Source of the DNA: Candidatus Anstonellales archaeon
GTDB taxonomy: Archaea > Micrarchaeota > Micrarchaeia > Anstonellales > J096
NCBI GenBank assembly: GCA_038890615.1
Contig: JAWAFI010000001.1
Location: 162,611-226,610, forward strand
Direction: 5' to 3'
Length of the DNA stretch: 64,000 nucleotides
This document shows, in pieces, positions 56,923 through 64,000 of this stretch (positions are counted from its first letter, which is position 1; each line of letters opens with the position of its first letter). A program made the position numbers and the translations under genes. The notes below the pieces were generated by a model, which ran no database searches, was not told the DNA's origin, and saw only the letters and a list, made by a program, of their open reading frames with translations.

Positions 56923-57942
56923 GAAGTATTCCTCAAACTTTTCCTTGCTTAAGCTTCTTATCCATTCCATCACTTCCTTCAATTCTGGGTTGTCAAAGGA
57001 GTTCTTGCTCTGGAGGGCATCAGCAGATTCCCTAAGCAGCTTTGCCCTTTGCATTAGAGCATCCCCTTTTGCAGTTGGCTGGCCTGGCCCGCCTACGCAG
57101 CCAAAGGCGCAGGCCATTACCTCTATAAAGTCATAGCTGTCCTTTTCCTTTAGTATTTCCTCAAGCGCAGGGTAGCCGAAAACAGTTGCAACCCTTATTG
57201 TGTAACTCCCTATCTTTACTGTTTTCTTTACTGATTTTTCAAATGTGCGGAAATCAATCACCTCCTTTGGCTTGCCTAGGTAGGCGGCCATGTTAGTAAG
57301 AAGGGATTCTGCCACTCCCCCTGTTGAGCCAAATATGAGGCCATTCTTTGAAGGGGAGAATTTTATTTTGCCTTCAGGCATTGCCCTTAAGTCAAGGCCT
57401 TTGGCTTTTGCCCACCTTGCAACCTCCTGCGTGTCAAGCACATAGTCAACCGAAACAAGCCCGTTCTTCATCCTCTCCTTTGTTTCGTGCTTCTTGAGTG
57501 TGCACGGCATTATGCCCACAACAACAACATCCTCAGGTCTTATGCCGTTCTTTGGGGCCCAGTAGAATTTTACAACGCTGCCAACTGCCATCTGGGGCGA
57601 AACATACCTTGATATGTTTGGCATTACTTCTTTGTGCCGCTGCATTGCGTAGATCCTCCAGCCAATGCAGCATGAGTTGAAAACCACCCCTTTGCCCAGG
57701 CTCTTTATGAACTCAGGCACTTCAGCAGCTACTATCAGGTCAGCCCCGAAGGATGTGTCAAAGACCTCCCTGAAGCCCATCTCCTTTAAGAGCGAAACCA
57801 CCTTGCCTTCTGCATTAACAGTGCCCATCCCAAACTCTTCGCCCAAGCTTACCCTAAGCGCAGGGGCGATCTCCGCAACCACGAATTTCCCTGAGCCCAT
57901 CTCCTCCTCAATTTTCCTGAAAAGGGCATCCCCGCTGAGCAT
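56899..57942 (-). CDS. Minimal [FeFe]-hydrogenase (H-cluster domain only)
   Basis: APALRVSLGEEFG; L1 NSCCIGW, L2 MPCTLKKHE, L3 EVMACAFGCVGGPGQP. Confidence 0.92.
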   Translation of the reverse strand: MLSGDALFRKIEEEMGSGKFVVAEIAPALRVSLGEEFGMGTVNAEGKVVSLLKEMGFREVFDTSFGADLIVAAEVPEFIKSLGKGVVFNSCCIGWRIYAMQRHKEVMPNISRYVSPQMAVGSVVKFYWAPKNGIRPEDVVVVGIMPCTLKKHETKERMKNGLVSVDYVLDTQEVARWAKAKGLDLRAMPEGKIKFSPSKNGLIFGSTGGVAESLLTNMAAYLGKPKEVIDFRTFEKSVKKTVKIGSYTIRVATVFGYPALEEILKEKDSYDFIEVMACAFGCVGGPGQPTAKGDALMQRAKLLRESADALQSKNSFDNPELKEVMEWIRSLSKEKFEEYFLLPSQDR

Positions 57943-57966
57943 GCAGCTGTTTGGCGTGCATGGTTT

Positions 57967-58620
57967 TTAAGGGCTATGCCTGAGCGCGCTCATTGCCTTA
58001 CCTGTGTCCTTTTCATCAACAACAAAAATTGTATCCTTCCAGCAACTTACCAATTCCACAACATTTATTCCGTGGTGGGCAAGAGAAGAGAGCATGTACG
58101 CTGTAACCCCTGGAACGCTTTCCACCTCTTCTGGGCTTTTTATCAGTATGAGCGAAAGGTTACCCTCAACCTTGAGCACCCATCCCCTCATCTCTTTTTT
58201 TATGCGCTCGAGGTTTGAATCCAAGGTTATAACTGTGAATGTCTGGCTTCCTTGTGCAACCAGGAAAGGGTCGTTTCTGGCTTTTGAGATCTCCCTTCCA
58301 AGCTCAAATATCTTGCTGCCTATGCTCCCGTGCCTCAGCAGTGTAACCACAACTATGTTAGTCAGCACCTCCATGCTGCTTTTCCTTAGCACGCTGATTA
58401 TCCTTTTCTCAGCTGTTGGAAGCTGGGGCTTCTTGTACCTCCTCAGGCTCATTGACACTGCGTCCTGCTGCTTAAGCCGAAGCTCCTCGCAAATCAGCCT
58501 TCCAAGGGAAGCGTAGTTGACCACACCATAGGAAATGCAGTCCTTTATGGATGGGTGGGATTCGACATATTCCCTTACTTTTGCTGCAATTGTCTGCTTC
58601 GCAGGCTTCATCTTGACCAC
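57967..58620 (-). CDS. ACT-domain protein with N-terminal HTH-like region
   Basis: G.VNYASL.R; PGV.AY....LA..GINV.E..SC..DT. Confidence 0.85.
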   Translation of the reverse strand: MVKMKPAKQTIAAKVREYVESHPSIKDCISYGVVNYASLGRLICEELRLKQQDAVSMSLRRYKKPQLPTAEKRIISVLRKSSMEVLTNIVVVTLLRHGSIGSKIFELGREISKARNDPFLVAQGSQTFTVITLDSNLERIKKEMRGWVLKVEGNLSLILIKSPEEVESVPGVTAYMLSSLAHHGINVVELVSCWKDTIFVVDEKDTGKAMSALRHSP

Positions 58621-58621
58621 C

Positions 58622-58662
58622 TGTTAGATATATAACATTTGTGTCTTATAATGTAATTATAA
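58622..58662. promoter_or_regulatory. Two inverted repeats in a divergent promoter region
   Basis: TGTTA-N6-TAACA (58622-58637) and TTATAAT-GTA-ATTATAA (58646-58662). Confidence 0.4.
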
Positions 58663-58707
58663 TGACGAAAGATTTAAATACCTGCTTTTATCCAATGCCA
58701 TGCTTAT

Positions 58708-59502
58708 ATGATGCCTATGGAGCAAAAAAGCTTGAAAGAAGAGGATGTGAATGTAAAGGGGTGGGAAAGCATAGCAGAGAAGTGGCACAAGGTAAAATGG
58801 CCCAGGAGGCCTGCGTGGAAAGGGGAGTTTGAAAAGCTGGCCCCCCTTTTTGACAGCTGCAGGGGGAATGAAGTGCTTATACTTGGAGCAACCCCTGAAT
58901 TCAGGGCATGGCTGGGCTCCAGGGGGGCAAGGATAACGCTTTACGAAAAGTCAGCAGCGTCGCTTGAAGCAATGAATAACATACTCAAAGGAAGCTTCGG
59001 CTTCTTCCCAAAGAATGAAAAACTCATAAGCGCTGACTGGGAGGATGAAATAAAAGGTATAGGCAAGTTCTCGCTCATAATGGGCGACATAGTGCTCGGC
59101 TACATGCAGACAATGGAAAGGATGCTTGCTTTCCTGGGCAAAATGAAAGGCCTTCTTGCAGAGGATGGCAAATTCGTGCTGAGGGACTTTGTGTACATAC
59201 CCTATGTTGCAAACAGCTATGGCAGGATGCCGGTGGACTTGAGAAGGTGGGCTTACATAATGACGCCTGGGCTTGCAGTGCAGGATGGTGTTTTCGATGA
59301 GGATATGCTGGCTTACAACCTTGGAAAAATGAATGACAGGGAAGCCCTGGCAACTTGCGCAAGCCCTGGAAGGAAAAGGCTCATGCCAGACTTCAAGCAA
59401 CTCGGGGATGCATTCGAAAGGGCAGGGCTTGAGCAGGACATTAAAATAGCGCCTTCAACAGAATGGCCAAGGCCTGCGCTGTTTGTGCTTTCAAAGAATT
59501 GA
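58708..59502 (+). CDS. Class I SAM-dependent methyltransferase-like protein
   Basis: VLILGATPEFR, ADW, F.LIMGD, LL..DGKFV.R. Confidence 0.8.
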   Translation: MMPMEQKSLKEEDVNVKGWESIAEKWHKVKWPRRPAWKGEFEKLAPLFDSCRGNEVLILGATPEFRAWLGSRGARITLYEKSAASLEAMNNILKGSFGFFPKNEKLISADWEDEIKGIGKFSLIMGDIVLGYMQTMERMLAFLGKMKGLLAEDGKFVLRDFVYIPYVANSYGRMPVDLRRWAYIMTPGLAVQDGVFDEDMLAYNLGKMNDREALATCASPGRKRLMPDFKQLGDAFERAGLEQDIKIAPSTEWPRPALFVLSKN

Positions 59503-60120
59503 TCATTCCAAGAAGATGCCCAACACTGCAAAATCCTTTTTTAAGCTCTCGTAATCGGTGTAGAGGATTGCGTGCATGCCAAGCTTCCTTGGGGCAATCA
59601 CATCTGCATCTTCTGAATCCCCTACCATAACTGCCTCTTCCGGCTTGCAGCCAGCCAAAGAGAGTGCTTTTAAATAGATAGCTGGGTCGGGCTTTGCAGC
59701 CCCAACATCAAATGAGAAAACAGGAAAATCTATGTAATCCATCAGGTCGGTTTTTTGCCTTAACTGCTCAGCAGCAAAAACTGAAGTGTTTGATATGAGG
59801 CCTATCTTGTAGCTCTTCCTAAGCTGGGCCAGCATGGGGAGGACGTGGGGGAAAAGCTTTGCTTTTGATTCTGCTTCATCCCTTATCTGCATTATCTTCT
59901 TAGAATTCTCTTCGTTTATCCCCAGCCCCCTGCATAGTGAGGCGTACGCCTCTTCCTTTGAATTCCATATCCTCTTCTGCATTGTTTCTTCATATATTCT
60001 GTTGTATTCTTTCCTGCCAATATTAATACCTGTCTCATTGCATATCCTTGCGAAGGTGCCGCCTGGGTAGTCCCTGTAGGCAAGGGTCCTCCACAAGTCA
60101 AAAGCAACAAGCTTGATCAT
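59503..60120 (-). CDS. HAD-superfamily hydrolase
   Basis: FDLWRTL, ISN, KPDP.IY, MVGDS..AD. Confidence 0.93.
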   Translation of the reverse strand: MIKLVAFDLWRTLAYRDYPGGTFARICNETGINIGRKEYNRIYEETMQKRIWNSKEEAYASLCRGLGINEENSKKIMQIRDEAESKAKLFPHVLPMLAQLRKSYKIGLISNTSVFAAEQLRQKTDLMDYIDFPVFSFDVGAAKPDPAIYLKALSLAGCKPEEAVMVGDSEDADVIAPRKLGMHAILYTDYESLKKDFAVLGIFLE

Positions 60121-60211
60121 TGAGCAGGTAAAGGAAGCAACAATTAAAATAGCATGGCATTAGACGAAATGCAGGCGAAAGCATTAAAAAGGAGGCTTGG
60201 GATAATTTAGC

Positions 60212-60583
60212 ATGGAGCGCGCTAAGAGGCTCCCCCTTCCGTTAAGGCCTCACGCCTACGCCGAAAGACTCAGGCCTTCTGCACCTCTTTTTGAAAATGG
60301 ATATCTAATTAAGTCTTTGCACGAACTGCCAGAAGAGCTAAAGGGCAAAGTTGCCAAGATATTGGTGAGCACAGATGGAATTAATGGGGATAAAACAGGC
60401 ATGATAAGGGAAAGCTTTGAGGCTTTTTTAGTCTCCATTAACGGCGATAACAAGGCAAAGATAATACTAGAGCCAGGAGGAATCTTCGTAGATATAAAAG
60501 ACCTAACCACTGCACTCAAAGAAGCAAAGGAGCTTAGGGAAGGGATGCCTGAGATAATGCCACCGGTAATGTTTTTTGAATAA
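60212..60583 (+). CDS. Hypothetical protein
   Basis: 123-aa ORF after a TATA-like TTAAAAA. Confidence 0.65.
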   Translation: MERAKRLPLPLRPHAYAERLRPSAPLFENGYLIKSLHELPEELKGKVAKILVSTDGINGDKTGMIRESFEAFLVSINGDNKAKIILEPGGIFVDIKDLTTALKEAKELREGMPEIMPPVMFFE

Positions 60584-60691
60584 CCCCCTTTAAGGAAGCA
60601 TATGCTTCCGCTTAGCCCAGAACTCCCTGTCTCTTTAAGCCATGCGCATCCAATAAGGTTAAAAATATGGATATACCCTTCTAATGCTGTT

Positions 60692-60765
60692 GGGCCCATA
60701 GCTCAGCTTGGTAGAGCAACGGACTTTTAATCCGTGTGCCGGGGGTTCAAATCCCTCTGGGCCCG
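60692..60765 (+). tRNA. tRNA-Lys(TTT)
   Basis: GGGCCCA...TGGGCCC-G; ACGGA-CTTTTAA-TCCGT; TTCAAAT. Confidence 0.97.
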
Positions 60766-60768
60766 CTT

Positions 60769-61428
60769 ATGGAGGAGATTTTTCAAGGGGTTTACAGGAA
60801 AGGAAGGAGTATACTCACCAAAAATCTGAGCCCTGGCAACACTGTTTATGGGGAGAGGATTTTCATCATTGATGGCAAGGAATATAGAGAATGGGACCCA
60901 TTTAGGAGCAAGCTCTGCGGGGCGATAATGAAGGGGCTAAAGAAGATGCCGATAGGAAAGAGGAGCAAGGTGCTTTACTTAGGCGCTGCAACAGGCACAA
61001 CGCCCTCGCACATCTCTGACATCGCATCAGAGGGGGAGGTTTATGCAATAGAGTTCTCTGGAATAGCAATGAGGAAGCTTATTGGGGTGTGCGAAAAAAG
61101 GCCAAACCTCATTCCAATAATGGCTGACGCAAGGAAAACTTCTGAGTATTCTGATGTGGGGCAGGTTGATGTGATTTACCAGGATGTTGCGCAAAGGGAC
61201 CAGGTTGAAATACTTGCAAAAAACGCAAAAGCATTCTTAAAGAAAGGCGGCTATGCAATGCTTGCGCTCAAGACAAAGAGCATCAACACTGCGAAGGGCG
61301 CAAGGGAAATAGCAAAAGAGGAGGAAGCAAAAATGGCTGGGCTTTTCAGGATAGAGGAAAGGATAGACCTTGAGCCGTATGACAAGGAACACTTTTTCTA
61401 CGTGCTTAAATATGCTCCTTCTCCATAG
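60769..61428 (+). CDS. flpA: Fibrillarin-like rRNA/tRNA 2'-O-methyltransferase
   Basis: VYGE, EYREWDPFRSKL, VLYLGAATGTT.SH, YQDVAQ; start moved to ATG 60769. Confidence 0.97.
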   Translation: MEEIFQGVYRKGRSILTKNLSPGNTVYGERIFIIDGKEYREWDPFRSKLCGAIMKGLKKMPIGKRSKVLYLGAATGTTPSHISDIASEGEVYAIEFSGIAMRKLIGVCEKRPNLIPIMADARKTSEYSDVGQVDVIYQDVAQRDQVEILAKNAKAFLKKGGYAMLALKTKSINTAKGAREIAKEEEAKMAGLFRIEERIDLEPYDKEHFFYVLKYAPSP

Positions 61429-62314
61429 GCTTGGAAGCTTCAGCCCTTCTTTCTTCTACAAGGCAGGGGTTGACATAGACCACTCTTTCTTATTGGGCAA
61501 AACCCTGCTTGTAAGCCCAATGAATGAAAGGTACGCGAGGGATAATTACAAGGGTAGGGTTGAAGTGATAGAGAAGCTAAGCAAGTTCTTGGAGAAGAGA
61601 AGGGTAAAGAAGCTTGAGATGGAGCTAAGCACGCTCCCTTCTTCCATTTACCTTAAGCTTAGGAAAAGGTTCAGGATAAGCGATGCAAGCAAAAGGCTCC
61701 TTAAGGAAAGGGAGCTGAAGAGTGATGAAGAGGCGAGGAAGATAGCCAACGCAGCTAAAATAGCGCAGGAAGCCCTTAGCGAAATAGATGTCTGTAAGTT
61801 CAGAACAGAAAAGGAGCTTGAGAATGCTGTTAAGAGGGCAATAGAGGAGAAAGGAGCAGAGGTTTCCTTCATAATTGTTGCCAGCGGCGCCTCAACTGCA
61901 TTCCCGCATTACAAAGCCAGGGATGTGCCGCTGAAAGACCCTGTGGTTGTAGATGTAGGGGCAAGGGTTGGCTACTACACTTCTGACATAACAGAAACAT
62001 TCACCAAAAGGGCTGAAGTTAAGGAGATAAGGAAGAAGCTGAAGGAGATGGTTGGGATGGCTGAAGGGGCAAGGACAACAGAAGGGCTAAATGCCTTTTT
62101 GAAAAGGGCTTACAAGAGGGATAAACTGCCGCTTCCCCCTCACCTGTTTGGCCATGGCATAGGGCTCGATGTCCATGAGCTACCTTCATTCAGGCGCAAC
62201 ACAACCCTTAAGGGCAAGGCATTCGCAGTTGAGCCAGCTGTATACTTAAAGGATTATGGGGTGAGGTATGAAAGGAATTTCATAGGAAAAGGGAAGAGAA
62301 ACATTATGCTCTGA
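61412..62314 (+). CDS. M24 family Xaa-Pro peptidase
   Basis: K...E, PH, VDVGA...YTSDITET, H..GHGIGLDVHE, EP..Y, GVRYE. Confidence 0.92.
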   Translation: MLLLHRLGSFSPSFFYKAGVDIDHSFLLGKTLLVSPMNERYARDNYKGRVEVIEKLSKFLEKRRVKKLEMELSTLPSSIYLKLRKRFRISDASKRLLKERELKSDEEARKIANAAKIAQEALSEIDVCKFRTEKELENAVKRAIEEKGAEVSFIIVASGASTAFPHYKARDVPLKDPVVVDVGARVGYYTSDITETFTKRAEVKEIRKKLKEMVGMAEGARTTEGLNAFLKRAYKRDKLPLPPHLFGHGIGLDVHELPSFRRNTTLKGKAFAVEPAVYLKDYGVRYERNFIGKGKRNIML

Positions 62315-62831
62315 TTTTAATTATGAATAATTTTTCAAAAAACAAAGGAAGCTCAGCCACTGCATCCCCTTCCTTCCTTGGCGAAAGGACATAGGCAGAG
62401 CCCCCCTGCTTCAGATAAGCCCTGCACTCTCTCATAAATCTCCTTACAAGCACCATTCCATCGTTGCCCCCATCAAGCGCCTCCCTTTCGCTGTCCTTTA
62501 TGAAGGAAACTTCATTTGTTGGCAGATAAGGAGGGTTGAAGAATATGTGGTCATAAAGGCCTGAGACAGAAGAAAACATGTCGCTTTCGTAGAATGCCGC
62601 ATTGCCTGCTTGGTTTAGAAGCGCGTTTTTCCGCGCGCATTTTACTGCCTTTGGGTTTATGTCAACACCTTCAACCTCATTGCCTTGGTTGGCAAGCGCA
62701 TTGGCTAGCGCTATTATTCCAGTGCCTGTGCCTACATCAAGCACCCTGCCCTTGAAAGGCCTTGCAAATTCGGCCATGAAGAAGCTGTCCTCCTTTGGAG
62801 GGTAGACCCCTTTGCAACAGGCAATCTGCAT
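62304..62831 (-). CDS. HemK2/N6AMT1-like protein glutamine methyltransferase
   Basis: VYPP.EDS, VLDVGTGTG, DINP, FNPPYLP, DGG.DG. Confidence 0.92.
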   Translation of the reverse strand: MQIACCKGVYPPKEDSFFMAEFARPFKGRVLDVGTGTGIIALANALANQGNEVEGVDINPKAVKCARKNALLNQAGNAAFYESDMFSSVSGLYDHIFFNPPYLPTNEVSFIKDSEREALDGGNDGMVLVRRFMRECRAYLKQGGSAYVLSPRKEGDAVAELPLFFEKLFIIKIRA

Positions 62832-62907
62832 GGTGAAACCAAGCAAACATATTTAAAAAGCGCTTGCTATGCTATGGTGATGAAAAGAAGGGAGAAAAAC
62901 GATAAAA

Positions 62908-64000
62908 ATGGCAGGGGTAGCTGAACTATTGGCGCTTTTTGGCGGAGGCATCATTGCAAACATGCTTGCCCAGAAGTGGAAAGTCCCTTCTGCCATACCT
63001 TTGCTGCTCTTTGGGGTCATCATAGGGCCAGAAATCCTGCACATAATAAGCATAAACGACATAAGCATATTTGCAGACCTGGGGAAAGTCCTGATGCTTT
63101 TCATGATAGGATGGACATTTGACATAAACAAGATAAGCCACAGGCTGGTTTCAACTTTGTTGCTCCTTACCATAAAATTCTTCTTTGTTTTCATAGTGAG
63201 CTATGAAGTACTTCTCCTCTTCGGAACCCCTGAGGCATCAATAATAGGGATGGCAATAGCTTTCAGCAGCACTGCTTTCTTCGCTTCTTTTGTTAGGGAG
63301 TACAAGCTTGCAGGAAAAGAAGAAGCAAACATGCTGATAGCCCTGCTAGTGCTTGAGGACATAGCTGCAGTTTTCCTGCTTTCTTACCTGAGCACTACGC
63401 ATGAGATGAACACGCTTGAGAATGTCTTGAGGGGCATACTCTATTCCATAGTGCCTCTTGTGATCGCCTACTTTTTGGTAAAGTTTGTGATAGACCACCT
63501 TGTGATAAAGCTCAGGGATGGGGAAAACACCTTAGTAATGTTTGCGCTTGCGCTTGCAGGGCTATTCGCATACATAACCAGCTTGGCAGGTTTTGACCCT
63601 GCAACAGGGGCATTCCTTGCAGGCAACATAACAGGCGCTTCCCAGAGGATGAAAAAAACAGAGGACCAGCTAAACCTGATAACAAACATATTCTTCATGG
63701 TGTTCATACTTTCAGTAGGTGTCTCAATATCGCTTTCTTTCATATTGGAAAACTTGGCCCTGATTGTTGCCCTTACCCTGTTCAACACTGGGGCAAAAAT
63801 GCTTTCGGTGTCAACAGGGCTGAGGCTAATGGGAAGGCATTCTACTTCTGAATGGGGCATAATGATGGGGATAACAGGGGAGTTCTCGTTGATTGTAGCA
63901 ACAGCTGTGAAGGGCTTTGATGCAATAAGCCTTGTTGCATCCATGATATTCCTATCATCTGTAATTGCAGGCTTGGCTTACAGCAGAAAGGACAGCATTG
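62908..64000 (+). CDS. Cation:proton antiporter (CPA2/Kef-like), 3'-truncated by window edge; absent from the ORF track
   Basis: MAGVAELL...LLFGVIIGP...LG..LMLF.IG, FSST, LVLED, GAFLAG, GEFSLI. Confidence 0.9.
   Translation, partial: MAGVAELLALFGGGIIANMLAQKWKVPSAIPLLLFGVIIGPEILHIISINDISIFADLGKVLMLFMIGWTFDINKISHRLVSTLLLLTIKFFFVFIVSYEVLLLFGTPEASIIGMAIAFSSTAFFASFVREYKLAGKEEANMLIALLVLEDIAAVFLLSYLSTTHEMNTLENVLRGILYSIVPLVIAYFLVKFVIDHLVIKLRDGENTLVMFALALAGLFAYITSLAGFDPATGAFLAGNITGASQRMKKTEDQLNLITNIFFMVFILSVGVSISLSFILENLALIVALTLFNTGAKMLSVSTGLRLMGRHSTSEWGIMMGITGEFSLIVATAVKGFDAISLVASMIFLSSVIAGLAYSRKDSI

Noticed and set aside
60736..60768. Upstream GTG start for fibrillarin
   Set aside because: Lies inside tRNA-Lys; ATG 60769 fits the family N-terminus
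62874..62907. GTGATGA as the C box of a second sRNA
   Set aside because: No CTGA D or D' boxes at suitable spacing
62853..63944. Minus-strand ORFs at the window end
   Set aside because: Shadows of the open-ended plus-strand CPA2 antiporter
1..64000. rRNA, RNase P RNA, SRP RNA, transposases, inteins, tracrRNA
   Set aside because: No recognisable signatures by eye; a short or diverged anti-repeat cannot be excluded without a search

Overview
Gene-dense chromosomal segment of an archaeon, most likely a DPANN lineage such as Micrarchaeota. This is inferred from the A/V-type ATPase, Hjc, TFE, fibrillarin, Pop5, class I LysRS, BHB-intron tRNAs, tRNA/CDS overlap, a minimal [FeFe]-hydrogenase and a Cas14-like repeat. 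About 60 CDSs were identified, mostly housekeeping or lineage-specific hypotheticals. There are 6 tRNAs: Thr-GGT, Thr-TGT with intron, Arg-TCG with intron, Ile-TAT with intron, Ala-GGC and Lys-TTT. Notable items: (1) three tandem genes carrying a PHPT1/Janus-type phosphohistidine-phosphatase-like domain, bracketed by two tRNA-Thr genes and downstream of a CbbQ/NorQ AAA + HExxH-VWA cluster; (2) a 7-repeat CRISPR array with a Cas14a/Cas12f1-like 37-bp repeat, fused directly to a cas2 3' remnant and cas4, with no cas1, effector or leader, and abutting the stop codon of a 414-aa unknown gene; (3) a C/D-box sRNA in the znuA leader whose two guides fit 23S rRNA G2251 and U2438 (E. coli numbering); (4) a rare tRNA-Ile(UAU); (5) tRNA-Arg overlapping the end of map; (6) a stand-alone H-domain-only [FeFe]-hydrogenase. 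All calls are from visual motif recognition; no database searches were run.
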